Assembly (NCBI GenBank): GCA_963793425.1
Contig: CAWCAG010000005.1
Coordinates: 2,102,720-2,166,719 of the forward strand
Source: an uncultured cyanobacterium
GTDB lineage: Bacteria; Cyanobacteriota; Cyanobacteriia; Cyanobacteriales; CAWCAG01
Direction: 5' to 3'
Length of the DNA stretch: 64,000 nucleotides
This document shows positions 9,873-18,808 of this stretch, one piece after another (position 1 is the stretch's first letter; each line of letters starts with the position of its first letter). Position numbers and translations under genes: made by a program. Below the pieces are notes generated by a model. It had not been told where the DNA came from, did no database searches, and saw only the letters and a list, made by a program, of their open reading frames with translations.

Positions 9873-10286
9873 CTAAGTCCAATTGTAGTCAACTCCAAGC
9901 TCCTCGATTTTCTGTCTAAGATACTTGAACTTTTGGTTAGAGCGAACCATTTTAGATACAGGATAATAAATAGCTTGAGGAAGAATTGTCAATATAGATT
10001 TAGCTCCTTTAGGATTGAGTGAGTGAACAATCATACGGCTATTTCTGTTACGAGAATCTTTAAGAGCTAAGGCTACATCTGCACCATTGAGTTCACCACC
10101 AATATTGTAATCAATTGAAATAATATCAAAATCATAAGCATTAATAAGTTTGATAGCACGATGTCCAGTCTTAACTAGAATCCAGGCATGATTTCGATAT
10201 AAAGAGGTTAGTATTTTCTGACGCTCTTGAGTGTCTTCGATTAGTAAAACTCTCAACAAAGATGGTTTTTCATCTTGACTAAACAT
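9873..10286 (-). CDS. stand-alone receiver-like domain resembling the cyclic-phosphate-processing REC family
   Basis: VLLIED..ERQ, IISIDYNIG and IVHSLNPKG (compare ISLDHDLG / HSxNPxG of that family). Confidence 0.6.
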   Translation of the reverse strand: MFSQDEKPSLLRVLLIEDTQERQKILTSLYRNHAWILVKTGHRAIKLINAYDFDIISIDYNIGGELNGADVALALKDSRNRNSRMIVHSLNPKGAKSILTILPQAIYYPVSKMVRSNQKFKYLRQKIEELGVDYNWT

Positions 10287-10845
10287 AATCGCCGATTGCC
10301 ACAGAAAAACAACTATTTACCTTTTTTCTCGGAACGTCTTTTTCTAAAAGTAAGTAGTCGCTATCTAAATCCTCGTGTAAATAAATACAATAAAATAGTT
10401 CGTGATTATTAGATAGTAAATAAGAAATCGCTACTTCTTTAGCTTCTTCTGATTCAAATTCTTCTTTGAGAGTCCAAATGCGAATATCTCGACAAATAGT
10501 ATTAAGACAGCTTTTGATCTCTTTTGAGACAAATTGCTCTTCTGAAAGAGGATGACATTTAGTAAAACCATCACTTGACAATTCTTCGGGCAAAAGAATT
10601 ATGGAAAGTTGTTCACTATAAACAGCTAGAGAGTGATTTAAGCCATCTTCAAAACACACTTGGACTGCCCCTGAATTATAAGAGAAAAATTGTTCTGCTG
10701 TCAGAGGATGATAATTCTTTAAAAAGGAAGAAATATCCATACCGAAGAAACGTTTTATTTCTAACAAACGCTTACCAATAGACTTTTCCAAGTGTTTTTT
10801 ATTGTTAGAAAGTATAAAATTCAATAATTCGGCATCAGTATACAT
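10279..10845 (-). CDS. hypothetical protein, candidate immunity protein of the carrier
   Basis: ATG (MYTDAELL) lies 1 nt after the carrier stop; its own stop overlaps the next start. Confidence 0.6.
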   Translation of the reverse strand: MYTDAELLNFILSNNKKHLEKSIGKRLLEIKRFFGMDISSFLKNYHPLTAEQFFSYNSGAVQVCFEDGLNHSLAVYSEQLSIILLPEELSSDGFTKCHPLSEEQFVSKEIKSCLNTICRDIRIWTLKEEFESEEAKEVAISYLLSNNHELFYCIYLHEDLDSDYLLLEKDVPRKKVNSCFSVAIGDYV

Positions 10846-10846
10846 C

Positions 10847-12994
10847 TTAGTTGCTACCTTGATTTTTCTCCCTAAGTATTTTCTTGAAGCGGTCAATAAT
10901 ATTTCTAACATCTCCTCTAGGCCCTCTTCCACGAGTAAAGCTGACTGGATCATTTACAAAAACGGCTCCATCAGGTGTCACCAACTCCCCATCTGCCCCT
11001 AAGCGCCGCCCTAAAGCCTCCAACACTTGGTCTATCTGCCGCCTAATTTCGTTGAACGCTTCCTCCAGCATGGAACTGTTGTTCCTAACCTGCTCCAGTG
11101 CTTCCTGCAACTGCCGTTTCTGTGCCGCTATGGGGCCGATGCCTGGAATACGTTCGACTAGATCAGAAATACGCCCTAATAGTTTGTTCCACTCCTGTGT
11201 ACCAAATTCTACCCAACTTCCCCAGTTTTGCTGCACAAAGCGGCGAAATTCAGCAACACCTCCTTCGGGTAATACTCTGCGAATCAGTCCCAGCAAATCA
11301 TCAACTACTGCTAAGGCTTCATCTGTTCCCTTAAGCAAAACTTTGCTGATTCCTTTGACTGCACTACCAAAAGTAGGAATTAAACCAATAAGAGAAAAAG
11401 CTAGTCCAATCCATCGAAAAGTATTATTGTACTCTCCTTTAAACAGCATAAAGTAAAGGTGAGCAATTAAATCCCGACCATCTGCTACCTGATCAAATCC
11501 TGGAATCAGTCCTATGGTCGTGTCGATAGCAATTGCTCCCAAACTTGGGTCACTGTTAAATTCTCCAAGCAAGCCACCGCCAATTGTATTAAGGATACTC
11601 CACAGTCTTTGTTGCCAAGTTTGCTCTTCCTCTTCCTCAGCTTGAGAGCGAGGTGTATTAATACCCATCAAACGCAAAGTTTCTTGAGTTACTTTGCCAT
11701 CTACTGGTGTCCATCCCTTATGAGATTGCCAATAAGCTATACCTTGGACAGTCCTCGAATTAAAAATACCATCTTCATGTCTTAGCCGAACTACGCGCTG
11801 AATTTCTTGGATAATTGCTTTTTCGTATTTTTGGGATTCATTGTAGGCAATAGCTTCTGCCACTTGTATCTCTGTTAGTGGGCCTATATTATCTAGAGCA
11901 GTATTTATTCGTTCCTTTAACTCTTCAAAGCTCTTTAAAGTTAATTCATCCAACTGCTCCCAATGATTTCTTAGGGTTATTTCAATAGTTTCACGAGCCT
12001 CAATATACTTACCACGACGGAATAAATCCAAAGCTGTGCTATACAAAGCTATTGCATCGGAGCCATAGGTTTGTACAGACAGGTCGTAGTATCTCGAAGA
12101 TTCTGCAATATTCCCCAGATGAAAATAAATCGTTGATATTTGAGATAAAAGATAAGCATACGCAGGACTACTTTCAGCCATATTCAAGGCTGCCTTATAG
12201 TGATTCATTGCTTCAGGAAGCCTGTTGTTTTCAAAGGCTTCATTACCCATACGGATACATGATTTAAGGTTATTACACTGAAGCGGTTGTTCTCTCTGCC
12301 CTTGAGATTGAAGCTGTTTTTCTCCCTGATTGTCTTGAGTTAAGTTGTTTGATTTCTGCTCAGAGGTAGTTGCGAGTGTTTTTGGCTCAGCTTGCTGTTT
12401 TCCGACTTCTTCTACTACTGATTTAGCTTGTACTTCTTGAGGTGCTGTTTGAGGATCATAAAGGTTATTGTCTACAGCTTGAAACCTATTATATGCCTCC
12501 CAGCCCTGTGCAGAAAAAGCTTGCTGGTTTTCCTGGTCTACTGCTACTGCGTTGTAATGCTTTTGTACCCAGTTGGGAGTTGCTGAAGAGATTATACTGA
12601 GGTCATTTTCTCCTGTGTTTGAAGAGTTACTATTACCGTCAGGAGTTTCCGGTATTGAGGGGGCGTTACTTTTCTGGGTTGCTTCTGTTTCTACACTATC
12701 GCTTTGTTGTTCATTCTCAACTCCTTCCTCTGCTGTTGATTGGCTGTCAAAAAGGTTGTTACCTACAGCTTGAAACCTCTGATACGTTTCCCACTGTTGG
12801 GCTAACAAGGCTTGCTGGCGTTGCCGATGTGCTGCATTTCTTTTGCCTATATCCGTTTCCTCGAAGTTTTGCTCTTCTCCCTGTTGTTGCGGTGGAGGGA
12901 AGTCACCATTCGGTTTTAAGTCTGATTCGGGTGGGGGCTTAGAAGGTTGGAAAGTAGACTTTTTTTGGGGAGGTTCATAGCTAGCCATGAGCAA
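10847..12994 (-). CDS. polymorphic-toxin-type carrier: low-complexity leader, TPR repeats, peptidoglycan-binding-like domain, pre-toxin TG-like region, very short C-terminal tip
   Basis: TPR: MGNEAFENNRLPEAMNHYKAAL. PG-binding: IQEIQRVV..DGIFNSRTVQGIAYWQ..DGKVTQETL. Pre-toxin-like: IGLIPGFDQVADGRDL..LIGLIPTFGSAVKG. Confidence 0.72.
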   Translation of the reverse strand: MLMASYEPPQKKSTFQPSKPPPESDLKPNGDFPPPQQQGEEQNFEETDIGKRNAAHRQRQQALLAQQWETYQRFQAVGNNLFDSQSTAEEGVENEQQSDSVETEATQKSNAPSIPETPDGNSNSSNTGENDLSIISSATPNWVQKHYNAVAVDQENQQAFSAQGWEAYNRFQAVDNNLYDPQTAPQEVQAKSVVEEVGKQQAEPKTLATTSEQKSNNLTQDNQGEKQLQSQGQREQPLQCNNLKSCIRMGNEAFENNRLPEAMNHYKAALNMAESSPAYAYLLSQISTIYFHLGNIAESSRYYDLSVQTYGSDAIALYSTALDLFRRGKYIEARETIEITLRNHWEQLDELTLKSFEELKERINTALDNIGPLTEIQVAEAIAYNESQKYEKAIIQEIQRVVRLRHEDGIFNSRTVQGIAYWQSHKGWTPVDGKVTQETLRLMGINTPRSQAEEEEEQTWQQRLWSILNTIGGGLLGEFNSDPSLGAIAIDTTIGLIPGFDQVADGRDLIAHLYFMLFKGEYNNTFRWIGLAFSLIGLIPTFGSAVKGISKVLLKGTDEALAVVDDLLGLIRRVLPEGGVAEFRRFVQQNWGSWVEFGTQEWNKLLGRISDLVERIPGIGPIAAQKRQLQEALEQVRNNSSMLEEAFNEIRRQIDQVLEALGRRLGADGELVTPDGAVFVNDPVSFTRGRGPRGDVRNIIDRFKKILREKNQGSN
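11013..11151. repeat. 139-bp direct repeat, copy 2
   Basis: Matches 9136-9274. Confidence 0.95.
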
Positions 12995-13092
12995 TCCTGG
13001 GGAAATTTTGGGTAAGTTGAATCACTTAGTTTTTCGGACTTTGGGCTTAGGCAATTTCCCAATACTTTACAACTAAAATCTCAAGGCTATAA

Positions 13093-13125
13093 AAAAAGTA
13101 ATGCTACTTTTAGCTATTACTTTTT
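13093..13125. promoter_or_regulatory. imperfect inverted repeat between divergent genes; candidate operator
   Basis: AAAAAGTAATGCTA-CTTT-TAGCTATTACTTTTT. Confidence 0.35.
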
Positions 13126-13206
13126 CCTAATCAGAGTATTCTAAAATCTTAATGGTAGAGATAACCGTTAAAATCTTGCCCTGGTTCAGCAACGCCCTTA
13201 AAAGCT

Positions 13207-15240
13207 ATGGCTATTAACTCTTTTAATCATCAAAACACTTGGTACGAAGCTAACCATCAATATTTGATGCGTAGTATTGCTCAGATGCGGAAAATTGTAG
13301 AACAGCGTGTCAAGCAATTACAAAACCAAGTAGATTCAGCACCAGTAAAATTAGTTACTAAGCCGCCAGAATTCAACCTATCACCTCCACCAGCCCTGGA
13401 ACAACTCTGCCAATTATTTCACTTGTCCCCTTTTGAGCGGGATGTAATCTTGTTGTGTGTGGGGATGGAACTCGATGCTACTTGGAGTTGGTTATGTTCT
13501 GCTGCTCAAGGAGAACCCCAGTATAACTATCCTACTTTTAATCTTGCTTTAGCTGTCTCTGCCCATGTTTCCTGGCGAGGTTTAACTCCTTCTACTCCTT
13601 TGCGTAGTTGGCATTTAGTCGAGATAGCTTCGGGCAAAAGTCTGACTTCTAGTTTAATTAAGATTGACGAGCGCATTTTACACTACCTTACGGGAGTACA
13701 ATATCTTGACCAACGTTTAAAGGACATAAGCTTACCCCTCTCCCCCACAGATAGCCTCGTACCTTCCCATCAGAGGCTAGTAGAACAAATAACCAAAACT
13801 TGGTCACAAGGTTCAACTAGAAGTAATTGTCTCCCAGTTTTACAACTTTGCGGTGAAGACATATTTACTAAACAAGCGATCGCGGCTACTGCTTGCGCTC
13901 AAATGGGCATGACTTTACACAGCATTTCTGTAGAAGCCTTACCCACAGATCATCATCAACTAAGCTTAATTAAACGTCTCTGTGAGCGGGAATCAATTCT
14001 TACTGGTTGTGCTTGGGAATTAGAATTTGATGAATTGGTAAGTTTAGAGCCAGCTAAACAAGCTTCTTTAGAGCGTTTCATTGATAATCTCCATGCTCCT
14101 TTAATGATGACAGCCCGCGATCGCCGTCGTCAAAGGAAGCGTCCGCTAATTACTTTCGATGTTTTCTCCCCCACGACAGATGAACAACGTTTATTATGGG
14201 CAAATGCTTTGGGGACAAAAGTTTCCGAACTTAATGGACAAGTAGATATTCTCGTTTCTAACTTTAATCTTTCTGCCCCAGCCATTGAAGCTGCTTGCTT
14301 AAAAGCGAAAGGATTACAAACCCCCTTAACAAATGGCAATTCCCACTCCTTATACACTAGCCATTTATGGAATATCTGTCGCACCCAAGCCCGCCCTCGC
14401 CTTGATGAATTAGCCGAGAGAATTGAACTAGGTGCTAGTTGGGAAGATTTAATTTTGCCAGAAAAAGAGCGGGATGTGCTGCGGGATATTGAAGCCCATG
14501 TGAGGCAAAGGGCAAAAGTTTATGAACAGTGGGGTTTCGGTCGCAAAAGTAAGCGGGGACTTGGTATTAGTGCTATGTTCGCCGGGGAAAGCGGTACGGG
14601 TAAAACCCTTGCAGCAGAGGTGTTAGGCAATACCTTAAAGTTAGATGTTTATCGCATTGATTTAAGCTCGGTGGTGAGCAAATATATTGGTGAAACCGAG
14701 AAAAATCTCCGCCGCTTGTTTGATGCAGCCGAAGGGGGCGGTGTTATTCTCCTCTTTGATGAAGCAGATGCCCTTTTTGGTAAGCGTTCTGAAGTTAAAG
14801 ATAGCCATGATCGTCATGCCAACATTGAGGTTAGTTACCTTTTGCAACGTATGGAAGCCTACAGAGGTTTAGCAATTTTAACTACTAACTTAAAAAGTTC
14901 CCTTGACCAAGCTTTTATGCGTCGCTTACGTTTTGTGGTGGATTTTCCTTTCCCCAATGCTAGCCAAAGAGCAGCAATTTGGCAGCGTATTTTTCCTCAA
15001 GATACTCCTACCAAAAATCTCAACTATCAAAAGTTAGCCAAACTTAGCGTACCAGGAGGTAATATTCGCAGTATGGCTTTGAATGCTGCTTTTTTAGCGG
15101 CTGATGCTGGGGAAGCGGTACAGATGAAACATATTTTACAAGCAGCCAAAAATGAGTACGTGAAAATGGAAAGACCTTTTAGTGATAGTGAGGTGAAAGA
15201 TTGGTTAAATGAAGAAACCAACTACGATAATTTATTTTAA
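13207..15240 (+). CDS. AAA+ ATPase of the contractile injection system type (Afp15/Pvc15-like)
   Basis: N-terminal LCQLFHLSPFERDVILLC..PTFNLAL; Walker A GESGTGKT; DLSSVVSKYIGETEKNL; Walker B LFDEADALFGKRSEVKDSHDRHANIEVSYLLQRME. Confidence 0.85.
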   Translation: MAINSFNHQNTWYEANHQYLMRSIAQMRKIVEQRVKQLQNQVDSAPVKLVTKPPEFNLSPPPALEQLCQLFHLSPFERDVILLCVGMELDATWSWLCSAAQGEPQYNYPTFNLALAVSAHVSWRGLTPSTPLRSWHLVEIASGKSLTSSLIKIDERILHYLTGVQYLDQRLKDISLPLSPTDSLVPSHQRLVEQITKTWSQGSTRSNCLPVLQLCGEDIFTKQAIAATACAQMGMTLHSISVEALPTDHHQLSLIKRLCERESILTGCAWELEFDELVSLEPAKQASLERFIDNLHAPLMMTARDRRRQRKRPLITFDVFSPTTDEQRLLWANALGTKVSELNGQVDILVSNFNLSAPAIEAACLKAKGLQTPLTNGNSHSLYTSHLWNICRTQARPRLDELAERIELGASWEDLILPEKERDVLRDIEAHVRQRAKVYEQWGFGRKSKRGLGISAMFAGESGTGKTLAAEVLGNTLKLDVYRIDLSSVVSKYIGETEKNLRRLFDAAEGGGVILLFDEADALFGKRSEVKDSHDRHANIEVSYLLQRMEAYRGLAILTTNLKSSLDQAFMRRLRFVVDFPFPNASQRAAIWQRIFPQDTPTKNLNYQKLAKLSVPGGNIRSMALNAAFLAADAGEAVQMKHILQAAKNEYVKMERPFSDSEVKDWLNEETNYDNLF

Positions 15241-15276
15241 TTTTGTCTCTCAACTTTCTCCCCACCTCTCCCATTT

Positions 15277-15690
15277 ATGTTAAATCAAACTCTAGCTTTA
15301 GTTGCGATCGCCATAGTTATTCTCAGCAGCAGTTGTGCCAACTTAGATAGTACAGTTGCCACTTCACCTAGTTCCCCTGCCCCTCCTTCTCTAACTCAAG
15401 AAACCCCTTCTGTTAATGCTCCAACCGCAAACTTCCCAGAAGAGTTAGCCAATCGGGTTATCAAAGATTTATCTCAACGTACTAACATTCCAGCAGATCA
15501 ATTAAGTGTATATCGCAAAAGCCAAGAAACATGGACTGATGGTTGTTTGGGTTTAGGGAAGCCTGAAGAACTTTGTTCGGCGGCATTGGTTGAAGGATGG
15601 CAAGTAGTTGTGAAGAGTAAGTCTCAAAGCTGGGTTTATCATACCGATGGTGAGAGAGTGAAACTAAATGAAGCAGCTAGTAAAATCTAA
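15277..15690 (+). CDS. putative lipoprotein
   Basis: Signal peptide with lipobox-like LSSSC; WTDGCLG..C motif. Confidence 0.7.
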   Translation: MLNQTLALVAIAIVILSSSCANLDSTVATSPSSPAPPSLTQETPSVNAPTANFPEELANRVIKDLSQRTNIPADQLSVYRKSQETWTDGCLGLGKPEELCSAALVEGWQVVVKSKSQSWVYHTDGERVKLNEAASKI

Positions 15691-17372
15691 GTTCTTATCT
15701 TTGTAACCAATGGATCTCCTTTCACTAATTTAATAGCTTTTCGTAAGGCTTGAAGACGATCGGTTTCTCGGTTGTTTTCTGGTAAACGTTCCCAAATTTT
15801 TAAGCGATTTAATCTTGCCCGAACACTACCAACAGCCCCTACCAAAAAAACCTCACGGCGCTTTTCACAAGCTTCTTTAACTATGTTTTCAATAGCCAGA
15901 GAAGCCGTTACACCAACGTAGGGTGCATCACTCAAATCAAGAATGAGTACATGGTAATCTTCAACAATCGACATTTGTTGAGAAATTGCTTTAGCAGCCC
16001 CAAAACTCATCGGCCCTCCGAAACGAAAGAGCAGAATATTACCGTCAGCTTGCCTTAAAATGTTATCTTCTTCTTCACTTAGGCGTAATTCTGCATGGGG
16101 AATTGTCGCTGCTTTGAGGTTGTCAATTTGTAAATCGCTGAGGCGTTTAATTGCCAGAGTGTTAGAAACAAAGATACCGATGGCAACAGCAGTGATTAAA
16201 TCCACAAATACTGTGATTAAAAGGACTGCATACATTAATGCAGTTGCCTTGAATGATACTTTGTGAGCGCGTTTGATGAAACTCCAATCAATAATATCAA
16301 TACCAACCTTAATTAAAATTCCTGCTAAAACCGCATGGGGAATATTAGCCGTTAACTCCCCTGCTTGCAAAACAATAACCAGCAGAATCAAAGCATGAAT
16401 AATTCCTGAAAGTGCCGTTTTACCGCCAGCCTGAACATTGATAACAGTACGCATCGTCGCCCCAGCACCGGGCAACCCTCCAAACAAACCGGCAATTAAG
16501 TTGCCGATACCTTGGCCAATTAATTCTCTGTCAGAGTCGTGTTGAGTTTGGGTAATATTATCCGCTACCAAAGAGGTAAGTAACGAATCAATAGCGCCAA
16601 GGGCAGCTAACATCAAACCATAGCCCACAATGGTTCTCAGTTGAGCTATTTCCAATACAGGTTTTTGGATTTTAGGTAAACCTTTGGGAATGTCGCCAAT
16701 CCGGGCAACATCAAGATCCGGCAACAGATTAGGGAACAAATAAACTGAGATTAAAGTACAGACTATCAAAGCTAATAAGGGGGCAGGAAACACTCTATTT
16801 AGCTTTGGTGGTGCAATAAAAACAATACCCAAAGTCAGGAGTCCTAATGCTGTTGCTGCCGGATTAGCATTGATGATGAAGTTTGGTAAATTACTTAAAG
16901 ATTCGATGACATTAGCAGAAACTTCATGCCCTAAAAAAGGGGCTATTTCCACAAGAATAATAATTACACCAATACCAGACATGAAGCCAGAGATGACGGT
17001 ATAGGGGATTAACGTAATATATTTACCTAACCTTAGCAAACCAAAAATGATTTGAAAGACCCCTCCTAGCATGATGGTAGTAAAGGCCATCGCTAAACCA
17101 ACTTTGGGATCATCGGGGGTTTTTAAAGCCAGAAAAACCGTAGCTATAACCACTGTCATGGGACCAGTGGGACCAGAAATTTGTGATGGAGTTCCTCCAA
17201 ATAGGGCCGCGAAAAAGCCCACAAAAACAGCGCCGTAAAGCCCAGCTATGGCCCCCGCACCAGAGGAAACACCAAAAGCGAGGGCTAAGGGCAAGGCAAC
17301 AATGGCAGCAGTTAGACCACCAAATAGATCGCCGCGCAGATTCCGAAAATGTAAAGAGTTAACAAGGCGCAT
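15687..17372 (-). CDS. bicA: SulP/SLC26 anion transporter, BicA-type bicarbonate transporter
   Basis: GDLFGGLTAAIVALPLALAFG, GGTPSQISGPTGPM, C-terminal STAS domain; paralog identity within the family uncertain. Confidence 0.75.
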   Translation of the reverse strand: MRLVNSLHFRNLRGDLFGGLTAAIVALPLALAFGVSSGAGAIAGLYGAVFVGFFAALFGGTPSQISGPTGPMTVVIATVFLALKTPDDPKVGLAMAFTTIMLGGVFQIIFGLLRLGKYITLIPYTVISGFMSGIGVIIILVEIAPFLGHEVSANVIESLSNLPNFIINANPAATALGLLTLGIVFIAPPKLNRVFPAPLLALIVCTLISVYLFPNLLPDLDVARIGDIPKGLPKIQKPVLEIAQLRTIVGYGLMLAALGAIDSLLTSLVADNITQTQHDSDRELIGQGIGNLIAGLFGGLPGAGATMRTVINVQAGGKTALSGIIHALILLVIVLQAGELTANIPHAVLAGILIKVGIDIIDWSFIKRAHKVSFKATALMYAVLLITVFVDLITAVAIGIFVSNTLAIKRLSDLQIDNLKAATIPHAELRLSEEEDNILRQADGNILLFRFGGPMSFGAAKAISQQMSIVEDYHVLILDLSDAPYVGVTASLAIENIVKEACEKRREVFLVGAVGSVRARLNRLKIWERLPENNRETDRLQALRKAIKLVKGDPLVTKIRT

Positions 17373-17512
17373 AAGCGTTTATTTGGGAAAGTAACTATCT
17401 TTTTTGATTAAGAGTTCCCAGGAGATCATTTACCTAGTACCTCTCAATTTATAGACACAAACAAGGCAACTTATTATGGCACGACTATTAAGGTTTCTTT
17501 CGTGAGGAAAGA

Positions 17513-17665
17513 TGTAGGGTGGGCAAAAAGTAATAGAATTGTTGATTAAATTTGTTTGGTGATCTTTGCCCACCATTACCCAGGAATTCCTCAATGAATT
17601 ATGGTGGGCAAACAAGATAGATAAGCTTTTGATGCTAATTTTAAACTCAACTTGCCCACCCTACA
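17513..17665. repeat. pair of inverted GTAG-type REP elements (REPIN-like)
   Basis: TGTAGGGTGGGCAA (17513) and TTGCCCACCCTACA (17652) are perfect inverted ends; internal TTGCCCACCA and TGGTGGGCAA arms. Confidence 0.78.
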
Positions 17666-17706
17666 AATTTGGCTTTTCAAAACATCGCCAGACACATCTA
17701 GAGAAG

Positions 17707-18561
17707 CTAAAGTTGATTTGGGTCTACACCTAGCTCTCGCAATTTTGCTGCTAATAGTTCGGCCCAATCTTTTTCTTTCTCAGCCAAAGCTTCTTGTTGT
17801 TCAGCCCTGGCTTTTTCTTGTTCGGCTCTAGCTTTTTCCTGCTCAGCCCTAGCGTTTTCTTGTTCAGCTCTAGCTTTTTCTTGTTGAGCTTGTTCGCTAC
17901 TCCATAACAACATATTTCCTTGCCTATCCCACCATCTAAGCCAGTTGATGTTTTGCCCTAGTCTTTCTCCTCGCCATATCCCCAGGAATAGCTCTAACTC
18001 GGGTATCCACTGCCTTCGGTTTTCGTCTACTTCCTGGAGAGTGTATCGACCTTCAGACCAAGTTCGTACTTCTAAACTCCCGTCATGGGGGTCATAGGTT
18101 ACATAGGTTGGAACCTGGAGAATATGCTCATAGAAGTACAGTTTCCCATAGGGGGGAGTCGAACGTATTGATAATTCTGCACAATCAGTTTCTGAGAGAA
18201 ACTCCATGACCACTGCTACTGACAAACCTTCTAAGTTAGGAGTATAACTACGACGAATGACTTCTGGTGCTACTGGGTTGACTTGAGGAATATAAAACCA
18301 GTCTGGTGCTTTGACTACGGTTTTACCTCTAACTGTGGCTACTAAGCCGAAGTTTGAGCCAATGAGCATTTGAGGTTGAATGCGCCCTGCTGCTCCTAAA
18401 GCGTCGGTTAGTGCCGCAGCTAAAGGGGGTTGTTGAATGTTTTCCACTGGTTCATCTGGTAATACGAAGTCTTCCGGGAGAGCTTCCCAGGTGACACTCA
18501 GTTGTTTTTTGCTTGGTTGAGCTGGTTGAGTTTTTTGGACTGGTTGAAGTTGTTGAACCAC
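17707..18561 (-). CDS. Uma2 family endonuclease with a coiled-coil repeat tail
   Basis: LPDEPVENIQQP, KAPDWFYI, VVMEFLSE, WLRWWD; EQEKARA repeats. Confidence 0.88.
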   Translation of the reverse strand: MVQQLQPVQKTQPAQPSKKQLSVTWEALPEDFVLPDEPVENIQQPPLAAALTDALGAAGRIQPQMLIGSNFGLVATVRGKTVVKAPDWFYIPQVNPVAPEVIRRSYTPNLEGLSVAVVMEFLSETDCAELSIRSTPPYGKLYFYEHILQVPTYVTYDPHDGSLEVRTWSEGRYTLQEVDENRRQWIPELELFLGIWRGERLGQNINWLRWWDRQGNMLLWSSEQAQQEKARAEQENARAEQEKARAEQEKARAEQQEALAEKEKDWAELLAAKLRELGVDPNQL

Positions 18562-18808
18562 GGAACTACACCAAGATTGATACAGTTAGAATCTAATTTA
18601 TTTATGATACTTTCCTAAAGTTATCAGAAAAATTATCAACTGGTGCGAACGCGCACCGCAATTATCAATTAGGAGAGATACCATTGCACTTCATTATTGG
18701 CAGTTGCTGGTAGAATCAAGGCAATATCATGGTCAAACCCTGACAAAATAATCATAAATTATTCCCCTCAAGGCAATACTAGGGAAATAACTGGCTAAAC
18801 TATCGGCA

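Noticed and set aside
10846..10953. N-terminal 36 aa of the listed 224-aa ORF
   Set aside because: Overlaps the carrier's 3' end; the ATG at 10845 next to the carrier stop is the more plausible start.
4961..15240. Integrative element or prophage at tRNA-Ala(CGC)
   Set aside because: No integrase, and I found no duplicate of the tRNA 3' end; the HTH gene alone is insufficient.
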